64,000 bases of DNA from the human T2T-CHM13v2.0 reference genome, Homo sapiens. Every line of letters begins with the position of its first letter. Within the stretch, counting starts at the first letter, position 1. The notes under the pieces are model-generated. The model was not told the origin of the DNA. It did no database searches and saw only the letters and a program-made list of their open reading frames with translations. The stretch lies in NCBI RefSeq assembly GCF_009914755.1, contig NC_060930.1; one strand, 5' to 3'. A program made the position numbers and the translations under genes. Positions 28,898 to 47,500 of the stretch are shown piece by piece.

Positions 28898-31489
28898 TCA
28901 GGCAAGAAAGTAGAAAAGAGCAAAGGCACATTGGCAAGAATGATTTCAAAGTCTCACCACTCCTGCTGGAAAGCCCCAGTTCCTGAAATATTTTGGAAGG
29001 ATCTGTATATAAGTGCCCTTGGGAAATAATTTCTCTGATTGGCACCTTAGCTTTTTGACTCTTTTAGCAGTGAATCAACAAGTCCATCTGTGGAAAGAAG
29101 AAAGCTAATATAATGCGGCATTTAAAGCACAGCCCGGGAGACTCCACCTACTTACTTTAGAGAAGCCAGCCCCACCTTCCCTGACCTGGCCGACCATTTA
29201 TCTCAAGAGTCCAGAATCACTGGAGCTCCCAGGGGGCTGCTCCAATTTGTCCCTTTGTTCAACAGAAACATGGAGAATTCCTAAGAGCGAGAACTTGATT
29301 TTAAATAGGGAATTAGAAGACTGTTAAGTCCAAACTCAATCTGTTCCATCTCTTCACCATGGCTTATGGTCCCACCAATGCCACTGGGCTCTCCAGACCA
29401 CCTTTGTTGACTATTGCCAAACACTATGAGATACAAAAAAGAAACGATATTAGTAGAAAATGGATTGCCCACATTTTCAAGGCTGGGGAAGGGCATGAGC
29501 TGAAGAATTTCTAATACAATTCTGACTCTCACACAATTTGAACTTCCTACCTTTGCAATATGAAATGTATATTTTATATACAATTTCCATGCCAATTTAC
29601 AGGTGTTAAATTGGGAACAGCAGTAGAGTACAGACAAAGGGGGATAATCTAATCTAACAGCTACAGAGTTCAAACAAAGTTTGCTTCCTTTTTTAATATC
29701 ATCTGGATGTCTGCAACATTTCATGCAAATCAATCTTAATTTACTATGTGTTTTGGCTCTTTCATAAAATAGTCTGACCATGCTATTTCTACAATTTTAG
29801 CTGTAAAATTTTCCATAAATAGGGCACTTATTACATTTTTAATATGTGGATTGATTCAGTTAGTATAAGAGTCTAGAAGAAGAAAGAGTCCGGGTAGAGA
29901 AATCTAGCCTTTTACCAATTCCCCAAAGCATTTCTGACACCAGCGTGTCATTTAGACTCAGGAGACCAGGTTGGAAAGACTGTGTCCTTGGACTTTCTCT
30001 AGTATTTTTTACTACCACAAGCCTAGGTTAACTTTGGCTTAACTCTGCAGATCTACACATTGTCAACCTAAGTGAGAACTTTGCAAGAACTCTCGGGTAA
30101 ATTTGGGCTGCAGTGAACGATTTTGTCATTGACCTTGGTAACCCACTCACTGGGCTCAGCTCGACTCTGAAATTCTGTCTTTTGATGGCATTTCAATTGA
30201 CGGAATTTCATGTTGGAGAATCTATGAAGTGGGGCCATCCCCATGTCAATGACTAGAAGGAAGTGCAGCATTCGGCTGGGGAGGCTGCCCTCGGATGGTG
30301 ATTGATTTGGTTGGTCAAGTGAGTCTCAAGTCAGGAAAGCACAGGGAAGCCCAGTACTTGCTATTTCTTCGTGAAAGTTTGGGAACTTAGCTCTTCCATT
30401 GCAGTTGGAGGAATCAGAGGTGGCAGCACAGAGATTCCTTGGAAGGCCTCCTCCGAGAAGTTTTATAAGCATGTGTGTGTATACACGCTGGTTTTTACAG
30501 GAGGATCACGTCTTCCAGACCACCCATCCATCTCATGCAGGCACAGCGTGTCACTGTGCCCATCTCCTGACGGCGAGTCTGACATTATTGGGGCTTTTGC
30601 TATTGTATTGACTTGTGGCTGAGAGAGATCAGCATTGTGTTACTTGGATTTAGTATGCTCAAACTCATTTCTTTTCCACATTCCAAGAGGATTTCTTCCC
30701 TGAAAAAAAAGGGGCATAGGAAAGCGAGTTCCAAAGTTTCTATTCAAATGTAATCCCTCATATCCTCTCTGGGCGCCCCCCTAAAGGACAGTTGTTTTTA
30801 AAAGGAAAATATCAGTTAAGACATACCATGTCACTAAAGGGACCTTTAAAAAGTCATTTGGCCTCCTGGCAGGACCACACTCTGAGCAGAGATCACAATC
30901 TATCCCTTTCTTTAAATCTCCAAAGTGTTTTTGAAACGGTTAATAATAATAAACGAGATAAGGGAATCCAGGTGGCACGGTCACGCGGACATCAACAGCG
31001 GTGCCTCTGTGTGAGGTGTCAGCCAATTTGCAGTACAAAGCTGACCACGTTTTATAAGTAGTATTCTAAGAAGCAAAGTCTTATGGACCTTTCAGAACAT
31101 GTGCTTCTATTTATTCTTTGTCAGCATGCTGGGGCACCTGTGTTAGTTTTATGCCACTGCATGCAGACTCTTTGAGGAGGAGAATTCTGGTAAGTTCCAG
31201 CTGTTATTTCACCTGTGAGAGAAAAAAAAAAAAAAACCTTCCTGGAACTTTCAACCTGAAGCACTAAAATTATTTGGGAACCAATACCACCACCAATTGA
31301 GATGGGAAAGCAGTTAATATTTCAATATGTGAATTCCGTTTATTAAATGCCCAGTATAAAAAAGAAAAACATTGGTTCTTCTTAGGGGTGAGGACAGCAG
31401 TAACTAAAAATTAACACATATATGTATAAGATTAACATAGTGCTGTTTGTGGTTATTGTGAGAAGAACTGGGTGTCACCATTAATTATA

Positions 31490-31745
31490 TTGCTCACAGT
31501 TATTCAATGGTTACTAGTTATTATTTATGAAGTACTCTGCTAAGTATTACATATACATTGTCCCACTAAATACTTACAATAGCCCTGTGAGTGAACTATC
31601 AGCATCCTGCTTATCTAGACAAAGAAATTGAAGCTTTGAAAGGTGAAGTAGTTTGCAAAAGCTGTGTCAGGCAATAAGCTAGTTAACTGGGAGTAAAACC
31701 CAAGCATCTGGTTCCAGAGCCTGGGTTCAAAGCACTGAACTAGCA
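31490..31745 (-). mobile_element. MIR
   Basis: acaatagccctgtgag...agacaaagaaattgaagc...aaaacccaagcatctggttccagagcc. Confidence 0.65.
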
Positions 31746-31829
31746 TCTCACAAACGAAGGGTCCCTGAACACTGCGTGCGATCCTTGCGATAGAATGTGG
31801 AGGAACTTCACATGTGTGGGAATGTCATA

Positions 31830-31985
31830 TATTTATTTGTTTTTTGACTCTCTTCTCCATTAAAATGTAACCACTGTGAGATAGGGCCTTTGTCTGGCCT
31901 ATTCACAGCTATATTTCCAGCTCCCCAGAATGTGTGTCACAAAGTAGATGCTCAAATAAATACTTGCTAAATGAAGCAATGATTA
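31830..31985 (+). mobile_element. L2 3' end
   Basis: aaatgtaaccactgtgagataggg...aagtagatgctcaaataaatacttgctaaatga. Confidence 0.6.
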
Positions 31986-33516
31986 AAACTGATGACTTTT
32001 ATTACTTGGAATGAAGACAAAAGTAGGTTTGTAAAGAAAATTATTGATGGAATGTAAAGGGAACTATTAAAAAGTGAAAGTACAGATGATGTGATGTAGA
32101 TGATGAGAACTACGAGGGGAATGAGAGGACCTCAAGTGCGGGCAGCATTGTGTACAGCATGTTCCCTTCTGCATGCACTTAGTTAAAAGTGAGGCTATGG
32201 CATTTTCCGTGCACTCGAAGTCACGCGCAAGAGTCATACGTAAAATGAGCCCCATCCATCCAGGATATAGACGTGTCTGTGTAGATCAAGGAGATTCTGT
32301 AGGAGGTTAGTTTTGCATCTGGAGTTTGAGTAATTAGCACTATTGAATAAACTGAAAAAAATGTTATATTTTCTTTTGAATCCCTCAGCACAAATGACAG
32401 TAACCATCACACACTGGATCTGCAGATAAATAGGGAAGCTATTTTTTTTTTTTTTACCGTTTCTGTCTGATTTGGAAGCCGAGCAGTGGCTGGTTAGTAA
32501 TATCATCTTGTTTCCATTCCACTGTGTGTGATTGTCATCCAATGCCTGTGCACTCTCAGCTTCCATAATGTGGTAAATTGTGTTGGATTAATAGCTGGTT
32601 GGAACATGGCCAAGAAACCAGTGTGTTAAAGGAGAAAATGTTGGTTATTCTATTTATATTCATTTTACCGTTGTGCCAGCCAATGAAACTGAGTTATGGA
32701 TGGATGTCAGAGTACAAGGAAACAATTTTCAGTTTGAACAATTCCACCTTATTTCTTCAGAAGTAGCACACAGAGGAGGAAAAACATAGTAACAACAATT
32801 GGCTTTTCAATGCTGAATGTTTGCGCTAAGATTTTATCACTGAGCATTTTAAGAGAGGATCATGCTGAAAATGAAATCATCTGATACTCTGGGGGATTCT
32901 GAGCTGATGGATGGCTGTGTGGGCTTGGGGTCTCCTGCCTGGGTGACGGGTGCCGCCGCACGCAGCCCCCAGTCCCGCTCACTTCCATCATCACCACTGC
33001 CTGCTCACAGCTCTCAGTGAGGATTCCAGGCGCCTTTCATCGTTCCTGTAGTGAACATGTACCACTCAAAATACGAGTAATTAAATCTCTCATCGGACGA
33101 AATGCACAGAACTTGAAGGCTTAAGCATTGTACATGGGGAGAGAAAAACAGACATGGAAAGCAACCTGAGAAAGACAGCTGTGTGAAGAAAGCCTTCTTC
33201 TTCGGAGAGTTGGTGCTGAAACATCCTTTGGGTGGTTTTGGCAAGATCGATAGGAATGAGGGATGTTTCTATAATGCTTGTTTGATTCAGAGAGTGGGCA
33301 AAAGGAGAAACTCTTTGCGCAAGTGTGCCCTGCTCTCTAATTCTGATTGGGCAGCGCAGCCAGGAAGCCAGGGGGTGGCTGGGGATGCGGCCGTCACCGT
33401 GCTGGTAGACCCTCATAACCAAGGTGACTGGAAGGCTGGGCTCACTTTCAAAGATTCTTACCTGTAAGCGTCCCCATTATAATTGTTTGAGATAGGTGGG
33501 CATAGGCAGCCTCCTT

Positions 33517-33965
33517 TCACTCATTCATTCAAGTACATTTAGTGCAGATTGACACACACCAGGTGCACTTCCGAGGGGCTGGACATGAACACACAGTGTG
33601 ACCAAAATCACGAAATCCCTGCACCCACATGGCTTACCTTCCAGTGAGAGAGAGAGAGAAAATAAAAACATATGCAAAAGTACAGTATATAGATGTGACC
33701 GCTAGTACGGAGAAATAAAGAAGGAATGGGGTATTGAGAATCCTGGAGGAAGGGGTCCAGTGGTGAACAGCATAGTAGGGATGGCTCACAGAAAAAAGAA
33801 GACAGTTTGCAAAAGAGCCAAACAGCCGAGTAGATGAGCCATTAAGCCCTGTGGGTACCAGGCTGAAGGGTGATTCAGGCAAAAGGAACAACAGGTACAA
33901 ATGTCCCGAGGTGGACTATGCCTGATGTTGTTTGGGAAGAACCAAGAGGCCGAAGAAACTGGATT
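33517..33965 (-). mobile_element. L2 fragment
   Basis: tcactcattcattcaa terminus, caggcaaaaggaacaacaggtacaaatgtcccgagg motif. Confidence 0.6.
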
Positions 33966-34368
33966 GGAGGTCTTCCTTTAAGAATACAGCTACTGGGGAG
34001 TGGGGTCGACTCTGAGTTTAGATTACACCCTGGGATGCTAGGTCTCAAGGCTACAGATTGTATTTTAAAATAATCTAATTAAAATTGCAAATGGCACGTT
34101 TTTTTTGTTTCTCCAAATACTCAAAAAGAATTAACTTTAATATTTTAATAGCTGGCATTTTCTCTAACTAGTTTGTGGATTGTCAGAGACAATTTTTCAT
34201 TAATAAAGCACCACTTGGGTATAACAACTTGAAACCAATTCTTTAGAAACATACCACAAGGTTTCTGATATTCCAGTGAATATTGGCCTTTTCAGAGTTG
34301 TCCTTTGGGAGGCTGAACACATAGTCTGCTAAGAGGCTATTGCTTAAAATATTTTGCATTTCTTTGGA

Positions 34369-34641
34369 TTTTTTTTTTTTTTTTTTTGACAGAGTTTTGC
34401 TCTTGTCACCCAGGCTGGAATGCAATGGTGAGATCTTGGCTCACTGAAACCTCTGCCTCCTGGGCTCAAGCAATTCTCCTGCCTCAGTCTCTCAAGTAGC
34501 TGGAACTACAGGCACCCGCCACCACGCCTGGCTAATTTTTTATATTTTTAGTAGAGACGGGGTTTCACCATGTTGGCTAGGCTGGTCTCGAACTCCTGAC
34601 CTCATGATCCACCTGCCTCGACCTCCCAAAGTGCTGGGATT
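34369..34641 (-). mobile_element. AluS, slightly 5'-truncated
   Basis: Poly-T then antisense Alu that stops at gtgctgggatt. Confidence 0.92.
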
Positions 34642-34896
34642 GGAATTTTTTTCCAAAGATTGGAAAATTAAAATAAAACTTTTGATCACTGTTTGCATTG
34701 GACATATGAATTTGATTTTTGAAAGCTTGCAAATTATTCCCAACTAGTCCTGATGATGAGAGGGTCATCTGTTAGAAACTGACAGCAAAGCACTGAGTGT
34801 CGTGACACTGGAGCTTTAGTTAATCGAACGAGCCATGGCTCAGCATTTTCTCTGATTTTTTTCAAGTAATGATGAGGCACAGGAGGAGGATGATTA

Positions 34897-35583
<687 letters not shown>

Positions 35584-37896
35584 CAGCTGTGCTTTTTATG
35601 GGCAACAAAAATTGTTTTCAGAATTGAAATTGCCCTTGATATTTTGACATGGGTTTGACGTCTGCAAAGTTATTTCATATTACACTAAAAAATGTCATGG
35701 AAAGAGTACGCCCCGTGTACCCACCACGCAACTGAACAGTAACACGGCACGGGGAGCGTGGGAGGCTCCGGCTTGTTTCTCCGCCCCTGTGTTTCCGCCT
35801 AACTCGAAGGAGCCACTGCTCCCCAGTAGATATGTCTATGCTCTGATCTAATCCAGCCTGTTCAGGTCCCAGTTTTGCCTCTTCTCTTCTGGGGGGTGGC
35901 CCCTTACAATCCAGGAGCTCGGCCACCAGCATTGGGCATAGGCCCCGAGGCACAGCCCGGCCCTGGTGAACACCTGCTTACTTCCTGGGATAAGGACTTT
36001 CTGTTCGGAGCTCCCTTCCCTTCTGCCAGCTCAGTCACGCATTGTACTAGATCTTCCTACGTCTTCTCTTTTAATGGTGGTGCACCAGGAGTGGTTTCTG
36101 TAAACGTTCAGTTTACCCTATCTTATCTTAGATTTTCAATCACATGCTTTAAGCATAATAACCAGTTCTGAAAAGAAAACCTTGTCATAGCTTTGGCTGC
36201 TTCTTACCCAGTGTGCACTTTTTCAGGCCACATGACTTCAATAATTCATGATGAGGGAAACAGTGAGCTTCAGGGCATCACCATTAGCGGAATGTTCTTG
36301 TTCTATAACGGGGAAAAACAAGAGATCTTTTAAAGATGCTACAATGTGGTAAGGGGAATGAGAGCAAAGAGAATTTAGGTGCTGCTGAGACCAAATCGCT
36401 TTAAAAGTCACATGTTTCTTTCTAGTGCCAATTTCATGACAGCATCGAAGCAAGACAATTATTTGTTTTTCCTGATATAACACATTAGAAAGAGCCTAGG
36501 AAGTTTCTAGTGGGAAAAATTCTATGTCAATTTTCACCTCATATTAAAACTTTAGTACCTTTGTACTTATAAATGTATCTCCAGCTCATGAAACTTAGCT
36601 GATAGGGAACATTCTTTCTACACTTAAGCTTAGAAAAGTGAGTTGATTTACACAATTCTTTCATTGGGTTTGAAGTTCTGGCAGAAGTATATTAATTACT
36701 GCATTTGATTACAGTTCATTTGATAAGCTGGAGGACTGTCAACTAAAGTTTGTAATGATTTAAAATTGTAATTAGCAAAGAAATGATCTAATAAAATATT
36801 TACTTCCTTATCAGCAAGTGGAGACCAGGTTAAAGAGAAGAGCATATTATCACAACTATACGGAAGCAAGGGAAACGCATGGTTTTTTTGCATCTATAAT
36901 TTGGGCTTTCGCATGTGGTTATAATTCCTTATCTAAATAGAAGTTTGATTACTTTTGTGAATTTCTTGTTTAATTTTGAGTGAACTCCTCTATATTCTGA
37001 ATATTTTTTAAAACAATTTTTCTTACTTCCATACCGAAATGAAGCCTGGTTTTCCCTGGGGAAAATCTGGTCACTCCAAGATATTCCCAGAGAGAATTAT
37101 CTATTCCCCATTATGCTGGTGAATGTGTTGCTTTTCCCTCCCAAACCTGAGCAGGAGATTAAGCTCTGTATGATACAAATAATAGTATCTTGCCTGGCAT
37201 CCCACCAACGAGATTGGTTCATTCATTCTCTAATTTTTAAATTATAATTTTATATAATATTTGATATTAAAGAATATATGTAACACATATGGAAACTGAT
37301 GCATAGTGGCAGAATATAAAGCCACACAGAAACCAACAGTGTTTCCAGTAACTGACATTTCCCCACGCATGCCTCTTAGGTGCCAGAAGTGAATACTATC
37401 TCAATTTTTAAATTTTTATCATCTTCTTACCTTAAAAATATAATCTTGTTTGTCTACATTTCTAAACAATATATTGTTCAACTTTTTTGGGCTTGATAAT
37501 TATAATTTTAAGTGGTCTGAGACTTTCTTTTTACACTCAATATTATATTTCTATGAGTCTTCCATGTCATGTAGAATTAATTTATTTTAAACTGTTGTAC
37601 AGTAGTCCATTGTCTAAATAGAAAGAAAATCAATGTACCAATTTTCCTACCATTGGATATTTGGGCTGTTTTTAGTTTTTTGCTCTTCTGAACAGTATTG
37701 CTATAAACATTCTTTACATGCCTCATGGTACACATGTGTGAGACTTTATCTATGGCATATAGGTAGTCATTGGGTAAATGTTAAATTTTATAAGATGATG
37801 CTAAATTGGTTTCCAAAGTGGCTTTCACTTCCACTGGCAGTCTGTAAGAGTTCCCGTTGGTCCCCTTCTCTGCAACATTTTATATTGTCAGATCTG

Positions 37897-38438
<542 letters not shown>

Positions 38439-38653
38439 CAGATTTCTTAACTCTTGCCAGGTTTTGCCTCTTACTGTGGTCCTAATTTACACTCCCATGA
38501 TTACTGAGGCTGAGGGCACTGCCATATGTATTTCTTCCTCTGTGGAGCACCTGTTTTAATCTTTTACTCATAATTCTAGTGGGTCATTTGTCCTCATCTT
38601 CATTTTTAGAATTTCTTCATATATTCTAGATATGAATCATTTGTTCAGTTTTA

Positions 38654-41533
<2,880 letters not shown>

Positions 41534-42662
41534 TATGGATTGCAAATAATTTCTCCTAGTTTACCAACATAATTTCCCTTTTAAGGAGTGCCGTTTGATT
41601 AATAGAAATGTTTAATTTTAGCATATATTAAGTTTTATATTTATAGTTCTAAAAATTTTAGAGAATTGTTTCATATATTTATGCCTTTGATTTTTGTTTA
41701 TGGTGTGATGTAGGGATCCAATGTTATTTTTTTCATACTGATAATTAATTGCCCCAGCACCATTTATTAATTAGCCCCCAATTTTCCCACTGGCTGATTT
41801 TTAATGCCATCTCCAACAACTATCATAGTTCATCAAATGCAGAAACCTCTTTCAGGCTCTCTTTTCTGTTATTTTTTTTCAACGTTTATATCTCTATATA
41901 AATACTACGTTTTCTTAATTTCAGTAGCTTTATATTTATTCTTGATGTCTGATGGGGTATACCCCTCCACTTTCTTCAGTTTCCTCATTAGAAGTATTTT
42001 ATCTGTTTTTGGTCTTTCATTATGTTATATAAATTTAAGAATTATTTTATCAAATTCCACAGAAGCCCTGTTGAGATTTTGGTTGGAATTCCTTAGCATG
42101 TGTGTGTTAAATAAGGATAATATTTAATTTTCTCCTAAATTTTTCATTCATTTTCAACATTTAATAATCATTCACTGAGTGACTATAGTAGGTCCTGCGA
42201 ATAAGAAAGTGAAGGAACATGACCTTCAAACTCAGTTAAATAGCAGTATAGTAGGAGCAGGGCATCCATACATAACTATAATACAACAATCATAGCAAAC
42301 TTTTTATTGGATGTATCATGTGTCAGACACATTTTCAAGCAGTTGACATATATTGTCTTATTTAATCCATAAAAACATATAAAGTAGATAGTATTATATT
42401 CTATAGATGAGGAAATTGAAGTCCCAAAGTAGAAACAGCCCAAATATTTATTGACGATAAAATGGATAAACAGGTTTTTAAAAAATGTTGACACATCAAA
42501 ATATTATGCAATGGCTGAAAGTGAATGAAGTATACACAATAACAGGAAAGACTCAGAAATATCATAAATTTGAGTAGTTAACGCATTAGAAGAGGGAACT
42601 GGTTATAGTGCAATTTTTAATAAGGATTAAATAAGTTGGAGGAGCCTAGATTCCCTAATTAG

Positions 42663-42882
42663 CAGGGGTAAGCAAACCATAACCCTTGGTGCAAATCTGA
42701 TCTGCTGCCTGTTTTTATGAATAAAGTTTTATAGGAATACAGCCATGGCTGTTCATTTATGCATTGTCTGTGGTTGCTTTTGCACTGCAAGAGACAGAGT
42801 TGAGTGACAGAGACCATCTGGCCTGCAGAGCCTCAACTGTTTACTGTATGAGTCTTTACAGAAAAAGTTTGCCAATCCCTGA
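42663..42882 (+). mobile_element. MER58A (hAT-Charlie)
   Basis: caggggtaagcaaac...aataaagttttataggaatacagcca...tttacagaaaaagtttgccaatccctg. Confidence 0.85.
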
Positions 42883-43164
42883 ATCTGGCTTGGGTAATTG
42901 GGTGAATGAAATTCACTAAGTTTGGAAATCCACAAGATAAGTAGTTTACCTTGGGACAAGATCAATTGGCGGCATCGATGTGAACATTTGACTCTTGATT
43001 CTCAGTGAGTGTGTAGGCTTCTCTACTTTGGGCATTTATTATAATATTTGCATAGATTATTTGATGTCAATTCCAATATTGTACTCTAATTTTAATGTCC
43101 TTTTTAATTTAAGGCACAAAGGATTTTTAAAATTCTTACTTTTGAGGTTGGCTATATGTTTAAA

Positions 43165-43332
43165 ATGTCAAGAAGAGAAGATTTTAAATGCTGCCAACTC
43201 AAATAAATGATAAATGTTTGAGGTGATGGGTATCCTAAATACCAAGATCTGATCACGGCACATTATATGCATATATCAAACTATTACATGTACCCCATAA
43301 ATATGTATATTATGTATAAATAAAAAAATTAA
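43165..43332 (+). mobile_element. L1MA-type 3' end
   Basis: aaatgataaatgtttgaggtgatgg...catgtaccccataaatatgta...aataaaaaaa. Confidence 0.75.
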
Positions 43333-43659
43333 AATGTGTTTAAATGACCAAATCCAACTGTCTTTAGTTTTGAGTAAGCTGAAGGATCCTTCAGCTGTCT
43401 GTCGTAACAATGAGAAATTCTCACACTTCTTCTGTCTATTTCACATATGGATTTTTAAGAAAATACAATGAGATATTCTTTGGAGCATCAAAAATAGTAT
43501 AATAAAGGCAAGCGTTTCTGGTGCTTTAGCTTGAAACAAGGTCTGCATTTAATGACCTAGCAGAAGGAGAAGTTGGCATGGCTCATATATTATTCCAATA
43601 TAATGTTACTTCTGTCCACAGTAGCATAGAAAGAGATGGTGTGTAAGTCACGATGAAAT

Positions 43660-44255
43660 TTTCTGCTGGTGGAAGCATAAATTTGTGCAGCCACTTTAGA
43701 AGATTGTTTTACGGTACATCCAAAGCTACACATACACATACCCATTGTAGGTAATATCCGAGCAAAAGAAGTGCTTATGTCTACCAAAAGATATGCACCA
43801 GAATGTTTACAGCAGCTTTTTCATAGAGCCAGAAACTGGAAGCAGCTCAGACGTCCATCAAAGGAAGACGAATTCATGAACTGCGGTATATTTATATGAT
43901 GGAATACCACACAATAAGAAGGGACAAGCTACTGACATATGCAACAACATGGATGAATCTCAGAAACAATGTGTTGAACAGAAGAAGCCAGATAAAAAAG
44001 ATACTGTGTGATTCCACTTATATTTCAAGAACAGGCAAAGCAACTCTGTGGCAACAGAGGTCAGAACAGTGTTTATCTGTAGTGTCCAGGTCAGTGGTTA
44101 CTGGGTAAATACATGGGGGATATTTTTGGATGTTGAAAATGTTCTCTGTCTTGCCTTGGTGATTGCACAGGTGTATACACATGTAAGAGTTCAAACAGTG
44201 ATGCAGGTCTAGGTGTGTGCATTTTATGTAAGTTACACCTCATTAAACAAAGAAA
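43660..44255 (+). mobile_element. Old L1M 3' region
   Basis: atggaataccacacaataaga...gcaacaacatggatgaatctcag...gtgtgattccactta. Confidence 0.7.
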
Positions 44256-44387
44256 ACATTGAGCAGTTTTCTGAGGTGCCTGGGGTGCATATATTCTATG
44301 TGCGTGAGAGAGAGGAGTTTCCATGGACATCAGATGCTAATATAGGAATCTTAAAGTTTATGATCTTTTATGAAAACGGCAGATCCT

Positions 44388-44576
44388 ACAACAGACACCA
44401 GGGCCTACTTGAGGGTAAAGGGTGGGAGGAGGGTGAAGATTGAAAAGCTACCTATTGGGTACTATGCCTCTTACCTGGGTGATGAATTAATTAAATCTGA
44501 ATACCAAACCTCATAACATGCAATTTACCTATGTAAGAAACCTGCACATGTACCACTGAACCTCAAAGTTAGAAAA
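44388..44576 (+). mobile_element. L1PA15/16-type 3' end
   Basis: gggcctacttgagggt...aagctacctattgggtactatgc...aacctgcacatgtacc. Confidence 0.8.
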
Positions 44577-47500
44577 TGGCAGGTCCTGACTTTTATTCTT
44601 GTCCCAAGAAGGTTCCACTTCACTTCCCAATGGAAGTTATAGAGAAAAAAAAAAAAAAAACTCAACTTTTTTTTCCTAAAGAGAGTTTTTGATTTGCTCA
44701 TGTGTTTGAGCAATTATTATTTGAGATCCTGGAATTCCATGCAGAGAAAATGGAAAATCCTAGGGGTAGAGTTAGTTGCCTTAACTGTAGATGAACCTGA
44801 GGATCTGTCTCTTGTGCAGCTCTTTTGTAATGGGCCTGCCAAGATGAGCTAGCTGCAGACATATTTCCATGAAGTTAAAGAGTTAACCTGGCTTAACTGT
44901 GTTACTTAGTGTCTCCCATTTGAATGTAATTTAGATTTTGGCATAGTTAATATTGAGCTATTCTTTCTTGTGGTAACTTGGCTTTTTAAGGTCATCCTTA
45001 GTTCATGATAGTCAAACTACGTCATCAATACAGTTCAGTTCTACTTTTAAATGCATTTTATTATATACTAACTTTGAAATGTATGCTCCACATATGAGTT
45101 AGATGGTGATTATTACTTAAGATATTTAACTACTGAATCTATAATATCCAGTCCAGCTGCATATCAATTTTCTAAAATGAACATGTGTTATTTTAATCAA
45201 ATAATTTATATATATGCATATATATGTGTATATATACATTATACATTCTCTCTCTCTCTCTTTTTCTCTCTGTCTTTCTGTAGTTATCCTTCATGAATTC
45301 CACTGGGGATTCTGCTATACAGCTTCATAAGAAACTCTGGGGGTATCATATCTCAAACCAAGCTCCATCTTCTTCCTCCAGTTTAAAAGACCAGCATCTT
45401 CATGGAGACAGTGACTGAAACCACAAAGGTGCTCTCCATCACCATCCCCATTCTATCAAACAAGGAGGCCTGTGTATGCTAACTTTGCAGAATTTCTCTT
45501 ATCCATGTTGTTTCTTCATCCTTATGTTATTATCCCTCCAATCCATTCTTCTAAAATTATAAGGGTGATCGTTCTAAAACACAAAGCTGATCATATTATA
45601 CCCTTGTCAAAAGTACCATTGCCTCTTGGATTAAATTCAAATTTCACAGCCTGCCAGGGACTTGATTACCTGACTCCTGCCTACTTAATTTCTTTATTGC
45701 TGGTTAAATCTCTTCTTATCCAAAATTTGTGCTTCAGCCATGCCAAGCTTCTTGCAGTAGTCTTCACTCGCCAGGTTAATGTAAGCCATTATACACGTGG
45801 TTCTCTTATGTTACTTGCTTCCACCCTCCACCTACACAATGTTCAAGACTGAACACAACTCGTGCTCTGACTGGCTTCAGCCACTCGTTTTTCACCACCC
45901 TGTGAACACCAACACTTGTGTTCCTATGCTATTCCCCAACTTGAATGTCCCTATCAATTCTCTTCATCTTTCCAGGCCTATTTTAAAGACCGTGGAGATT
46001 CCCAGGCTATTTTAATAGATAGTGGAGATAGTTTAGATTCAGATCTGTTCAGGGACTATAGAATTTGGATCTCCCCTCTTGCCCAGGGCCTTCTTGACAA
46101 ACTAGAAGAGCCTTTGTGTGGATGAGCGGAAAAGCAGGAGCGAGACCTCTGGTCATGTCTTGTCACGCCATAGTTGTATGGGAGGAAGCCACTAAAGCAA
46201 ACAGGAAGCTGAGAAATTGGCCAACTGGGGACATTCTTGATAACCACTCTGGATATTTCAGAGGAACGAAAGCCTTCAGAGCTGGGCTTGGATGAAGGGA
46301 ACTGGCCTGACAACTGTTGCTTTGCTGTGTAGATACAGCTGGTGTTAGACATTTGCATTTGATTATATTTTACTTGCTCTGATGTCTAAATCTATTTTTT
46401 GACAGGAATACCTAAAAGAACAAAAGTTCTGCATAGAAGATTCCTTGGGAAACACTCGGGGTTATAGGCAACTTCTTTTTCCCTGTGAATCAAAATCTTG
46501 CCGTTAAATTAATGAAGAGTTCTCAGGGTGCAGGAGAGCCAAGTTTCTGTTGTGCTCCATTACACATTGGGAAATGGGAAAGAGAAGAAAGAAATGTGCT
46601 GGAACGTGGAGAGCCAGCCACTCTGCTGAGCCTCTTCCTGTGACCTAGTCACAGTCACTTTGTGAGGGTCAGTCATCTAGTGGATAAAATCAAGATATTC
46701 CTAAAACTAAGACATTCTGTGTAGAGAAAAAGCCCCTTAGCAAGCAGAACAATATCACCTAGGTATTAATTTCTTACCCGTTTGTGGTGTCTTAGAGGCC
46801 AAATAAATTCGTTATATAAAATATTAAGCTTCTCGTAATATTATGACAAATGGCCATTATATTACACGTATTTTAAAAATTATTTTTTTTCTTTTTACTC
46901 TCACAATAATTTGAAGTGAACCAAGCAGCCGGCTCATTGTTTGAGAAACAGTTGTTTCATGGGTGAATTGACCTCATCTTCGGCAGCCACCGGTTTGCTA
47001 AGCATTTACTTTGAACATTTCTATGGTAAGTGACAGGGTCCTCATGTTTAAGTATATTCTGATGTGAGTCACATCCAGAAAACTTGGGAAAGGGAAAAAG
47101 AAAAAAAAAGGAACATGCTGGTCAAGATTTTTGTTTGTTTGTTTCAACGTTCCACATAAGGCTGCTGCCAGATGTTCACATTTCATCTTGCCTGAATAAA
47201 AATCTTTCTTATTCAAGAATGTCAATATCATTTAACAGCAAAAGCAATATAATTACACTATTCAATAAACATTTAACAAGACACAGACATTTTCAACTAA
47301 AAGAGGACTTACCAGAATGTACCTCTTAGCAATTTACTAGTTAAATTAGTTTTTAAAAATCTATTTTTTTAAACAACATCTGGTGAACAGTCTCTAATTT
47401 CTACAGTTTTGGAATGAAAAGGCACTGCACCAGTTCATTGCTACGAACAATTTGCTAGTTGTTTACCTTAATGCCAATCTTACCCCCCTGCCAGACACAT

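Noticed and set aside
29281-29781. 166-aa minus-strand ORF
   Set aside because: No recognisable family or splice context. Composition looks like translated non-coding DNA.
30771-30788. Possible CTCF motif (gggcgcccccctaaagg)
   Set aside because: The 5' half of the core mismatches at several key positions.
46917-47075. Donor ATG|GTAAGT at 47025 and a palindromic AP-1 site at 47061-47075
   Set aside because: The upstream pyrimidine tract ends in CAA rather than CAG, all three frames are closed, and a lone AP-1 heptamer is common.
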